DNA from: an uncultured Verrucomicrobiaceae bacterium
Lineage (GTDB): Bacteria > Verrucomicrobiota > Verrucomicrobiia > Verrucomicrobiales > Verrucomicrobiaceae
Direction of reading: 5' to 3'
Length of the DNA stretch: 28,700 bases
NCBI GenBank assembly: GCA_964496625.1
Contig: CAZCAL010000002.1
Location: 1-28,700, forward strand
Shown: piece by piece, positions 8,634-17,072 of the stretch
How the letters are laid out: the number at the start of each line of letters is the position of its first letter
How positions within the stretch are numbered: the stretch's first letter is position 1
Notes under the pieces: model-generated
The model's input: the letters and a program-made list of their open reading frames with translations, nothing else
Database searches by the model: none
What the model was told of the DNA's origin: nothing
Position numbers and translations under genes: made by a program

Positions 8634-8780
8634 AGGCTGGGGTCAGGAGTAAAAAGATTTCGTGCACTCTAACCTACTGGGCCGCAGTTGAACAAGCGTG
8701 AACAAAGGAAAAGTCCGCTGGTTTCGTGATGAGCGCGATTTCTGCGAGGAGAATGGGAAATCTAAGTTTCCCAAACTAAA

Positions 8781-8812
8781 ATTGTTGACATTTACCATAA
8801 CAATCGTAATTT
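8781..8812 (+). promoter_or_regulatory. Putative sigma70 promoter with an overlapping inverted repeat
   Basis: Perfect TTGACA at 8785-8790 and TAATTT at 8807-8812 (16 nt spacer). ATTGTT-N12-AACAAT at 8781-8804 overlaps the -35. AT-rich context. Confidence 0.5.
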
Positions 8813-8837
8813 TAGCTTGTCTGTAACCCCTCTCGTC

Positions 8838-11585
8838 ATGCAATCATTCCTTTACCACTCTGATTTCCACCGCCTCCGTATCGTCTGTGGGGCGTTAGCG
8901 TTGGTGGCGTCGTTCCCGCTTCAGGCCCAGATCGGAGCCGAAAAAGCGGTGCCTTATCACCTTCAAGATGGCCAGGAGTATCAGGTATCTCTTACCTCCC
9001 TCCTCGAGCACGGCAGGAAGCTCTTTGTTGCCAATTGGACGAAGCCCGATGGCGGTGGTCGCCCATTGACCAAGGGCACTGGCAGCCCTGTGGCGGATCC
9101 CTCCAGCCCGCTGGTTTTTCCGCGTAATTTCAACCGGATCTCTGGTCCAGATGCAAACTCCTGTGCCGGTTGCCACAACTCCCCCGTGGCTGGTGGAAAT
9201 GGTGATATTGTGGCCAACGTGTTTGTCCTCGGTCAGCGCTTTGACTTCGCCACTTTTGATGCGGGCGAGTCCATCGTGACCAAGGGTGGCGTCGATGAAA
9301 GCGGAAAACACGCGAATCTTCAGCAAATCGCGAACAGTCGTTCCACGCCGGGGATGTTTGGAAGCGGTTACATCGAGATGCTTGCCCGCCAGATGACCAC
9401 AGAACTCCAGACAATCCGCGACGGTATCGCCCCTGGGGCTTCCGCAGCCCTGACGGCCAAGGGAATCAGCTTTGGCACGCTCAGTCGCAATGGCGATGGC
9501 TCCTGGGATGTGAGCGCCGTCGTAGGTTTGCCTGCCCCGAGTCTGGGCTCAGCTTCAGGAAAGCCAAATCTGGTCATTCGCCCATTTCACCAGGTGTCGA
9601 ATGTCGTCTCGCTGCGCCAGTTCACCAATAACGCCTTCAACCACCACCACGGGATCCAATCGACGGAGCGTTTTGGCGAGGGGGCAGATCCTGACGGCGA
9701 TGGCGTGCAAAATGAAATGACCCGAGCGGATGTAACGGCCGCAACCGTCTTCCAGGCGGTGATGGCGGTGCCAGGGCGGGTCATCCCGTCCAATTCGGCA
9801 GCAGAAACCGCAGTCCTGCGCGGCGAAGAAAAGTTTGTCAGCATCGGCTGCGCCGTCTGTCACACGCCCGCGCTTCCTCTCACCAATGGTGGGCACCTCT
9901 TCACCGAGCCAAATCCCTTCAACCCGGCCGGTAACATGCAGCCTGATGACGGCCCGACTTACACCGTCGATCTGAACAACGACCCGACACTGCCCGCACC
10001 GCGTCTCCACGCCGATGGCAGTGGCACGACCTGGGTGCCTGCCTTTACCGACCTGAAGGTGCATGACATCACATCGGGAGCAAATGATCCTAACCGTGAA
10101 GCCCTGGATCAAAACCAAGCCGCAGGCTCTCCCGGGTTCTTCGGTGGCAATGGAAAGTTCATCACCCGCAAGTTGTGGGGCTTGGCTTCAAAACCAAACT
10201 TCTTCCACCACGGAATGTATACCACCATCCGGGACGCCATCACCGCCCACGCAGGCGAAGGTCTAGCCAGCAAGCAGGGCTTTGACGCACTTAGCCCTGA
10301 GGACCAAAATGCCCTCATCGAGTTTTTGAAATCTCTGCACAACCTCCCTGAGGGCAGCCCCAGCACGACATTGGATTCCAACGGTCAACCTCGTGTCTGG
10401 CCACCGAATCGATTGACCGAAGTTTCCACCAGCCCCGGAGGCACTGACCTCTTGATTCATTGGCAGGGGGGAACCCCTGTCTCCCCAACGGAGCGCAGCT
10501 ATCAAGTGCAGACTTCGACGGACCTCGTTAGTTGGACCGATCTCGGGCCTCCGACCACGGATGTCTCGTTTTCGACGCCAATGAACCTGCCTCGTCAGTT
10601 CTTCCGCATCGCTCTCGTCGGTGAACCAGCACCCCCGACAGAACCGACGGGTTACGTTTCCATGGGTGTGCCAGCAGCTTCGGAGTCCACTTTTGCTCCT
10701 CCGCTGATCCGTCCTCATGCGTTCCGTGGCCGTATCCGTGCGATCAGTGGCAATCAGGTCAGCGTGACTGACGGTCCGAACTGGTCAGCCAATAGCTTTG
10801 TGAAATCAGGGCCACAGACCAACACCTACGCTGCCGTCATCGTCAGTGGGGAGAAGGCTGGGCTGGTCTGCATGATCACCTCAAACACGGAGGACACGCT
10901 CACCCTCTGGCCCGATCCCGCAGAAGATTTGACGGGCATCCCGACCGACCTGATCGATGGGGAGGGACAGGGTGCATCCTTGGAAATCATCCCGTATTGG
11001 ACACCCGCCACCTTCGCCTCAGGCACACCGCCATCCGGCGCGCAAATCATGCTCTTTCGTGCCACCGTCGCGGGCACGAGCCTCGCTGCCAGTAAGACCT
11101 TGGAATACGATGGCAGCCACTGGTATGACACGGATGACTTCAGCGTGGCGGACGATCTAGCGCTCGGCTTTCATGAAGGCATCGTGATGCGCAATCCGTC
11201 TGGGACCGCTTACAACTTCAAGTTGCAGGGCAGCGTCCCGACCTTCCCGCACCGTATGACCTTGCGTACCTTGGCAGCGGGCGCGGATCAGGACATTCGC
11301 TTTGGTTACCTCTGCCCAGTGCCAGAACCGATTGGCACTCTCTCCCTAGACCTTCAAAACGAGGACGCACTGCTGGTCTTTGATAATAGCACGACTGGCA
11401 CCAATAAGTCTGCTTCCAAAGTCTATTACTACACCACGGCGGATGGCTGGGTGGATGGTGACACCTTTGCACCCGTCAACATCTCGGACGCTCTCCAGCC
11501 GGGGTCCGGCTACATGCTCCGCCGGAAAGGCACCACACCCGCCAGCACCCTGATCTGGCAGGATATCCCCAGCTTCCTCCAGTAG
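8838..11585 (+). CDS. Secreted di-haem oxidoreductase (DHOR-like) fused to a TIGR02597-like domain
   Basis: Signal peptide ending LQA-Q. Two CxxCH motifs (CAGCH 9162-9176, CAVCH 9849-9863). RSTPGMFGSGYIE, FTDLKVHDI, LWGLA, FFHHG...IRDAITAHAGE are DHOR-like motifs. The C-terminal ~315 aa (TEPTGYV...PLIRPHAFRG...W...ITSNT...IIPYWT) resemble TIGR02597. ATG 8838 is preferred over TTG 8817. Confidence 0.85.
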   Translation: MQSFLYHSDFHRLRIVCGALALVASFPLQAQIGAEKAVPYHLQDGQEYQVSLTSLLEHGRKLFVANWTKPDGGGRPLTKGTGSPVADPSSPLVFPRNFNRISGPDANSCAGCHNSPVAGGNGDIVANVFVLGQRFDFATFDAGESIVTKGGVDESGKHANLQQIANSRSTPGMFGSGYIEMLARQMTTELQTIRDGIAPGASAALTAKGISFGTLSRNGDGSWDVSAVVGLPAPSLGSASGKPNLVIRPFHQVSNVVSLRQFTNNAFNHHHGIQSTERFGEGADPDGDGVQNEMTRADVTAATVFQAVMAVPGRVIPSNSAAETAVLRGEEKFVSIGCAVCHTPALPLTNGGHLFTEPNPFNPAGNMQPDDGPTYTVDLNNDPTLPAPRLHADGSGTTWVPAFTDLKVHDITSGANDPNREALDQNQAAGSPGFFGGNGKFITRKLWGLASKPNFFHHGMYTTIRDAITAHAGEGLASKQGFDALSPEDQNALIEFLKSLHNLPEGSPSTTLDSNGQPRVWPPNRLTEVSTSPGGTDLLIHWQGGTPVSPTERSYQVQTSTDLVSWTDLGPPTTDVSFSTPMNLPRQFFRIALVGEPAPPTEPTGYVSMGVPAASESTFAPPLIRPHAFRGRIRAISGNQVSVTDGPNWSANSFVKSGPQTNTYAAVIVSGEKAGLVCMITSNTEDTLTLWPDPAEDLTGIPTDLIDGEGQGASLEIIPYWTPATFASGTPPSGAQIMLFRATVAGTSLAASKTLEYDGSHWYDTDDFSVADDLALGFHEGIVMRNPSGTAYNFKLQGSVPTFPHRMTLRTLAAGADQDIRFGYLCPVPEPIGTLSLDLQNEDALLVFDNSTTGTNKSASKVYYYTTADGWVDGDTFAPVNISDALQPGSGYMLRRKGTTPASTLIWQDIPSFLQ

Positions 11586-11625
11586 CTCAAACCACCTTCT
11601 TCAACCCCCTACTTCACCTCCGCTC

Positions 11626-12288
11626 ATGAAACGTTCTCTTTCCCCCACCCTCGCCGCCCTCGGGTTCTTGGTCGCCTTTGCCTGCTCTCAGGCTAGGGCA
11701 ACCGTCACCCTCCAATTCAGCAGTGTATCTGCCAAGCTAACCAACCTTGCCAATGACCTGGGTGTCGTCACTGACGGTATGGCGTGGGGCGTGCTGATTG
11801 ATACGGATGGCGATGGCTTTGATTACATCCCAACCGGCACCACGTACACCGAGTTTACCAATTCCGTCGTTTCAGGCTTGGGGATCTACCTGGATATCGA
11901 TGGTGGCGTCCCCACGGACGACTTCCTCTTCGTCGGTGCCAATCTCACCTCGACAATTGGCGGCACGGACGGCGGTTCCGGCGCAGCTACCAGCATTGCT
12001 AGTGTGCCAATGAGCGTGAATGGAATTAGCCCAGGGGATACCTTTGCGCTGATCTGGTTTGCCACGAATTCAGGCTCAGCAGGCTCCGCTTATGGAGTGC
12101 TGCAGGATGCGACTTTCATCCTTCCGGCGGATGGGGTCACCCAGTCCTACTCGGCTCCTTTTGCGGGTCCGGATGCCATTCGCCCCGCAGATCAAATCTT
12201 TGAAGCCTCCCCGGTCGTTCCAGAACCCTCCTCAGCGCTCTACCTTCTCGGTGCCAGCACCTTGTTGTTCCGTCGTCGCCGTCGGTAA
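11626..12288 (+). CDS. PEP-CTERM sorting-domain protein
   Basis: Signal peptide (…QARA-T), C-terminal VPEPSS, hydrophobic helix, then RRRRR. Confidence 0.95.
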   Translation: MKRSLSPTLAALGFLVAFACSQARATVTLQFSSVSAKLTNLANDLGVVTDGMAWGVLIDTDGDGFDYIPTGTTYTEFTNSVVSGLGIYLDIDGGVPTDDFLFVGANLTSTIGGTDGGSGAATSIASVPMSVNGISPGDTFALIWFATNSGSAGSAYGVLQDATFILPADGVTQSYSAPFAGPDAIRPADQIFEASPVVPEPSSALYLLGASTLLFRRRRR

Positions 12289-12330
12289 CAAGGATGACTC
12301 GGACCGGAATCTGAATTGGGGATCGCGGGC

Positions 12331-12364
12331 AATGCAAGAGGCCGCGCCGCAGGCCAGCATTTTT
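12331..12364. terminator. Possible terminator between convergent genes
   Basis: AATGC…GGCC-N8-GGCC-A-GCATT followed by TTT. The stem is imperfect. Confidence 0.25.
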
Positions 12365-12390
12365 GGGGTAGATCTGAGCTTGAAGAAGCC

Positions 12391-14661
12391 TCACGGGACT
12401 GGATGTGGCAAAAGCATGACCGATCCGCACTCAGGTGTGTTCAAAAAGTAGCCGCTGGCAAATCCAGTCTTTTGGAAAGCCGCTCCTGCAATCTTTTTCG
12501 TCTTCCCATCCATGGGAGATTTGAAACTTCCTGTAAAGCTGCCAGTGGACTTATTGAAAGAGATCTTCAAATTCTGTGCATTCGGTGTTGGAACAGAAAT
12601 TGAATGGGTAATGCCAATGAATCCCAGGATATCGAGCTGCGCTGAGAGCCCTCCACCAGTGAGTTCCACCATCACTTCACCACCATTTGAGTCGAGTTCA
12701 GCAATCATCCGACTGCCCTTGCCAGGACTAGAAAAGAGCGAGCCGATGGCGGTGCACATCGTGGAAAAACCGGCCTGATAAGTGGACGCTCTTGGCAGGG
12801 CGGGCCGGACCCAGAACAGATTGCCATCAAGATCGCTCGTGTCTGGTAGATCACGGTAGGTAAGCCAACCGGAGAGCGAGCCCGCACCCGCGTTGAGAGG
12901 TACATACACGGGCAGCGACGCATTCGCCAAAAGCGCCGTTCTGCATGTCCAGCGTGTCCCATCTGCAGCCGCCCCAACCAACACCACAGGTCCCGTCGTA
13001 CCAAAGGTGACCGTGGCATACCCAGCCCCCACGGGGGCCCCGACGTCGCCTGCTGAGGGTACCAACAAAGTTGCCCTAGCTGGCCCGGCGTAGCGCGCCA
13101 CGCGGTCAAACGCATGTTTACCACCTGTTGCTACCGCAACGGTGGCACCACCAAGCGACACATCGCCGCTAAATGTTTTGTCCTTGAGATTCAGATTTAA
13201 CTCCGCCCGAAGGATGGTCTTGTTGCGGCGTTTCGCCTCAAACGTGGCCAATCCACTGCCAGTGATCACCCCCCGAATCGCAGATCTTTCACCCGCAAGA
13301 ATGATTGCGCCTGACGCTGCTCCAGTCGATGAGACCGACAGCGTTAGCAGCCCTCTGTTGGTGTGAGACGGTGCAGTGCCATCCTCAACGAGTCCTGAAT
13401 ACGAGCCCGCTGAAAAGGCCCCTGGGAATGGATTTGCGACAAACTGTGCGGTCAACACCAAGCCCTGAGCCATGACAAAGGTGAAATTGGGAGTATTCGA
13501 AACCCGCACGCCATTCGCGAGCCAACCATCAAATACCGAACCTCGCGCTGGAGTCGCAGTGATCTTGTAGGAAACACCTTCTTCACGCGCCGATGCACCC
13601 AGAAAGCCTTTAGAGACCGAACCTTCCCCACTGACGGCAACGTTGAGCTGCGCTGGCACGACGTAATTCACAGTGCGCGTTGTTACTTTTGAGGGGTTCC
13701 CATCAGGATCAATTCCCCTAGCTTCGATGACATTCGGGCCCGGCACCATCGGCAGTGTGGTTTCCCAGGTGGCGAGCTTGTCGGATAAGATCGGATCACC
13801 AAGATCATCAAGGCCTGTCTGCTTCGGGGTCAGCACCGCCGCTGTCCAACTGCCGTTATTGACTCGCGCCTCGACCCGATCAATGCTGTATCCATCGGTG
13901 GCAGTTCCTGTCACCACAATTTCGGGGGCTAATGTATTCGGAATCCGCAGTGCATTTCGTGGTGCCGTGATCGTACAGACGGGCACTCGATAGTCAGCCG
14001 AACCGGCGATGCTTACCGAATTCAGGTCAGCTTCGAGCGCGCTGCTGTATCCAACGGAACCTCTGCCCCCAACATAAACTCGACGGCTTCCTGTCATTCC
14101 TCCAAATGTCACTGAAGCTGTGATCTCTTCCTGAATTGTCCCCTCACTCCCAGCCAAGCCCTCAGCCGCAATACTAGCTACCCCCAACTTGAATGACGCC
14201 GTGATGGACAAGGTCTTCGCATTCCACACACAGGTCACTGTTCCGGTGCGAAACTCACGATCAAAGTCATCGATTTCAGTGAAAACAAAGACCGCCTTTC
14301 GAGCAGTCGGAGAATAGCTATAAGCGGAGCCCAATCTATCCGCAAAAGTGAATTCGCCAATTTCAAAGCCTATCTCCGTTGCATCATTGATGGAACTCAC
14401 GTCCACCCCGTCCATGGAGGCGACAAGACTCAGACTCGTAGATCCTGATGACCTCATTTCATAAAAACTTTCACAGTCTCCGTCAAAACAGTCCCGATAG
14501 CTTACGACGCTCTCTCGGTATGACTCCGTGAAATTCACCTTCGGCGTGAAGCCAGTCAAAGGGTCTAGGCTGCCTTCGGCGGCCAGTTTCGGCATCGCAA
14601 TCGCATACGATAACGCAATGACGCACCCAATCGTTACGTGGCGGGTTTTGGAGGTTTTCAT
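12391..14661 (-). CDS. Large secreted or surface beta-rich protein (bacterial Ig-like domain, InlB B-repeat-like domain, Verrucomicrobia-type C-terminal domain)
   Basis: Signal-like MKTSKTRHVTIGCVIALSYAIAMPKLAA. Ig-like GTATDGYSIDRVEARVNNGSW…GPNVIEARGIDPDGN. B-repeat-like LNVAVSGEGSV…ITATPARGSVFDGW. C-terminal GSYSGL…GSFTGSF…SGYFL…GSV. Start chosen at ATG 14661; the track starts at GTG 14772. Confidence 0.8.
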   Translation of the reverse strand: MKTSKTRHVTIGCVIALSYAIAMPKLAAEGSLDPLTGFTPKVNFTESYRESVVSYRDCFDGDCESFYEMRSSGSTSLSLVASMDGVDVSSINDATEIGFEIGEFTFADRLGSAYSYSPTARKAVFVFTEIDDFDREFRTGTVTCVWNAKTLSITASFKLGVASIAAEGLAGSEGTIQEEITASVTFGGMTGSRRVYVGGRGSVGYSSALEADLNSVSIAGSADYRVPVCTITAPRNALRIPNTLAPEIVVTGTATDGYSIDRVEARVNNGSWTAAVLTPKQTGLDDLGDPILSDKLATWETTLPMVPGPNVIEARGIDPDGNPSKVTTRTVNYVVPAQLNVAVSGEGSVSKGFLGASAREEGVSYKITATPARGSVFDGWLANGVRVSNTPNFTFVMAQGLVLTAQFVANPFPGAFSAGSYSGLVEDGTAPSHTNRGLLTLSVSSTGAASGAIILAGERSAIRGVITGSGLATFEAKRRNKTILRAELNLNLKDKTFSGDVSLGGATVAVATGGKHAFDRVARYAGPARATLLVPSAGDVGAPVGAGYATVTFGTTGPVVLVGAAADGTRWTCRTALLANASLPVYVPLNAGAGSLSGWLTYRDLPDTSDLDGNLFWVRPALPRASTYQAGFSTMCTAIGSLFSSPGKGSRMIAELDSNGGEVMVELTGGGLSAQLDILGFIGITHSISVPTPNAQNLKISFNKSTGSFTGSFKSPMDGKTKKIAGAAFQKTGFASGYFLNTPECGSVMLLPHPVP

Positions 14662-14865
14662 CAAAAGAGGGTGTTTGTTGAGGGTGGAAGCAGGGACAGC
14701 CAAGCAGCGCCTCCCAGTGCTGATACCGGGTTTCCATCCAGACGTGACAAAAACTCTATTTTGAACCTGCACTCACTCGCCTGTCATCGACCGACCTCCT
14801 CTTATCTGGTTCGATAATTTCGAAAGCTCTGCACCAGAATCCACTAAGCGACGGGACCAAACCAC

Positions 14866-14897
14866 AAAAAAGCGGGTCCGTTGCCGGACCCGCTTTT
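14866..14897 (-). terminator. Rho-independent terminator of rplU-rpmA
   Basis: Minus strand AAAAGCGGGTCCG-GCAA-CGGACCCGCTTTTTT: perfect stem, GNRA loop and U-tract, 20 nt after the rpmA stop. Confidence 0.9.
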
Positions 14898-14917
14898 CAA
14901 AATGATTGAAGCCTCAA

Positions 14918-15178
14918 TTAAGCCTGGATGGCCACTGCTTCATCGACGTTCACGCGGCGACCGTCTTGATCGAAACGGACATTGCCGTGAGCGAGTGCGA
15001 AGAGGGTATGGTCCTTGCCGATGCCGACATTGCGACCTGGCACCCAGCGTGTGCCACGCTGACGGATGATGATGTTGCCAGCGATGACGGCTTCACCACC
15101 ATACTTTTTCACGCCGAGACGTTTGCTGTTGCTGTCGCGTCCGTTTTTAACGCTGCCTTGACCTTTCTTATGCGCCAT
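14918..15178 (-). CDS. rpmA: 50S ribosomal protein L27
   Basis: [28 protein letters not shown]…[10 protein letters not shown]…GKDHTLFAL. Confidence 0.99.
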   Translation of the reverse strand: MAHKKGQGSVKNGRDSNSKRLGVKKYGGEAVIAGNIIIRQRGTRWVPGRNVGIGKDHTLFALAHGNVRFDQDGRRVNVDEAVAIQA

Positions 15179-15226
15179 GAGTCAGTTCTCCTTGGTAAAA
15201 TTGGGTTTCGATTGAGGGGGGTAAAA

Positions 15227-15541
15227 TCAGGCGTTGATCGAGACGATCTGAACCTGTGTGAGGGGCTGACGATGGCCCTTCGTGAGATGGTAGCCCTTGC
15301 GGCGGCGGAATTTGAAAGCGGTGACCTTTTCACCCTTGTGCTGCTTCACGACCTTGGCCACGACGCTTGCGCCTGCAACGACTGGAGCACCAACAACGAG
15401 ACCGTCGCCTTCGCCATGAGCGAGCACTTGGTCAAAGGTAGCCCATTCGCCTTCTGCGATTTCCAGTTTTTCGACGTCGAGCTTGTCGCCCACGGACACT
15501 TTATACTGCTTGCCGCCGGTTTTAAAGATTGCGTATGCCAT
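15227..15541 (-). CDS. rplU: 50S ribosomal protein L21
   Basis: MAYAIFKTGGKQYKV…KVTAFKFRRRKGYHLTKGHRQPLT. Confidence 0.99.
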   Translation of the reverse strand: MAYAIFKTGGKQYKVSVGDKLDVEKLEIAEGEWATFDQVLAHGEGDGLVVGAPVVAGASVVAKVVKQHKGEKVTAFKFRRRKGYHLTKGHRQPLTQVQIVSINA

Positions 15542-15737
15542 AACGAATTGAAGCGAAGGGGAGAATCGGTAAATCCTGTCTTCGGGTCAGAAGTGGTTCC
15601 GGCGACAGGGGCGGGGAGACTTCCACAGGAACTGGCGTCCGGCAAGGGAAAAGTGGAAGTTTTACGCGGGCCACCCCGCAACCCCTCAGCACTCTGGGAT
15701 TGTCGCCGGGGGTCTCCCCACGCTATGCTGCGGGAAT

Positions 15738-17066
15738 ATGAGGACGATTGCATCTTTTTTGACGACGTTTTGTCTCCTGGGAATCGTAAGGCTGGCGGCC
15801 GAGCCCATGCCTGATCTGGCTGCGATGACGGACGCGGAGGTCCCGTCGCTGCTGGGATTTTACAAAGACCTGCACACCTACCCCGAACTTTCCCTCCGGG
15901 AGGAGGCGACGGCTGGGAAGGTGGCGAGTGAGTTGCGCGCTGCAGGCCTGGAGGTCACGGAGAAGGTTGGAGGTCACGGCGTCGTAGGAGTTTTAAAAAA
16001 TGGCGATGGCCCCACGATTTTGATCCGCACCGATCTGGATGCGCTGCCCGTGAAAGAGCAAACTGGCCTGCCCTACGCCAGCGCCGTGACGGTGAAGGAT
16101 GAACAGGGGAATCTGGTGCCGGTGATGCATGCCTGTGGTCACGATATTCACATGAGCTGTTTTGTGGGCACTGCGCGAGTGCTAGCAAAATCTCGGGCGA
16201 CCTGGAAGGGCACTCTGGTCTTCATCGGCCAGCCAGCAGAAGAGCGGGTCCTCGGGGCGCGCTTCATGCTGCGGGATGGTTTGTTTTCTCGATTCCCAAA
16301 ACCTGACAAAGCGCTGGCCCTGCATGTCTGGGGAGATATGCCCGCAGGCACCGTGGGGCTGACCTCGGGCTATGCCTTGGCCAATGTGAACACGGTGGAG
16401 ATCATCGTCCACGGCGTCGGGGGGCATGGCTCTGCGCCGCAAACCACGAAGGACCCGATTGTATTGGCTTCGGAGATCGTCTTGGCCTTGCAAACGATTG
16501 TCAGTCGGGAGATCCGCCCAGGCGATCCAGCGGTCGTGACGGTCGGCACGATTCACGGCGGCACCAAGAATAACATCATCTCCGATGAGGTTCGAATGGG
16601 ACTGACCCTGCGATCTTACGATGACGGCGTCCGCCAGCATCTCATCAGTGCCATCCAGCGGATCACGAGAGGTCTGGGGATCGCCGCTGGTCTGCCCGAA
16701 GATAAGCTACCGGAGGTGAAGGTCTCCGAAGAGGCTGCTCCAGCGCTTTTCAATCAGCCAGAAATGGTCGTGCGTCTGCGCAAGGTCTTCGAAGACACGC
16801 TGGGCCAGGAGAATGTCGTCATCCGCGACCCGGTCATGGGAGCGGAAGACTTCGCTGAGTACGGTCGGACCAAAGAGAAGGTGCCGATTTGCCTCTTTTG
16901 GTTGGGATCAGTTGAGGCTGGAAGAGTCGCCGCGGCGAGGGCCGCTGGCGAAATGCTACCCTCTCTGCACAGCCCGCTTTATGCCCCTGATCCAGAGCCC
17001 ACCATCCGCACCGGCATTCGGGCGATGACGGCTGCGGTGATCGAGATGCTCGACCCCGCGAGGTGA
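15738..17066 (+). CDS. M20D family amidohydrolase (hippuricase-like) with signal peptide
   Basis: HTYPELS, RTDLDALP, MHACGHDIH, QPAEE, GGHGS, GAEDF, LHS. Hydrophobic N-terminus ending RLAA. Confidence 0.93.
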   Translation: MRTIASFLTTFCLLGIVRLAAEPMPDLAAMTDAEVPSLLGFYKDLHTYPELSLREEATAGKVASELRAAGLEVTEKVGGHGVVGVLKNGDGPTILIRTDLDALPVKEQTGLPYASAVTVKDEQGNLVPVMHACGHDIHMSCFVGTARVLAKSRATWKGTLVFIGQPAEERVLGARFMLRDGLFSRFPKPDKALALHVWGDMPAGTVGLTSGYALANVNTVEIIVHGVGGHGSAPQTTKDPIVLASEIVLALQTIVSREIRPGDPAVVTVGTIHGGTKNNIISDEVRMGLTLRSYDDGVRQHLISAIQRITRGLGIAAGLPEDKLPEVKVSEEAAPALFNQPEMVVRLRKVFEDTLGQENVVIRDPVMGAEDFAEYGRTKEKVPICLFWLGSVEAGRVAAARAAGEMLPSLHSPLYAPDPEPTIRTGIRAMTAAVIEMLDPAR

Positions 17067-17072
17067 GTACCA

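Noticed and set aside
14810-14824. TTCGA-N5-TCGAA palindrome upstream of the surface-protein gene
   Set aside because: Short enough to occur by chance, with no second copy seen.
15619-15660. ACTTCCAC-N26-GTGGAAGT inverted repeat upstream of rplU as a possible ribosomal-protein leader RNA
   Set aside because: It appears to straddle the likely promoter, and no covariation evidence is available. The known L21 leader is from Firmicutes.
14906-15814. 302 aa plus-strand ORF
   Set aside because: It is the antisense shadow of rpmA and rplU, has no recognisable motif, and overlaps the M20 gene start.
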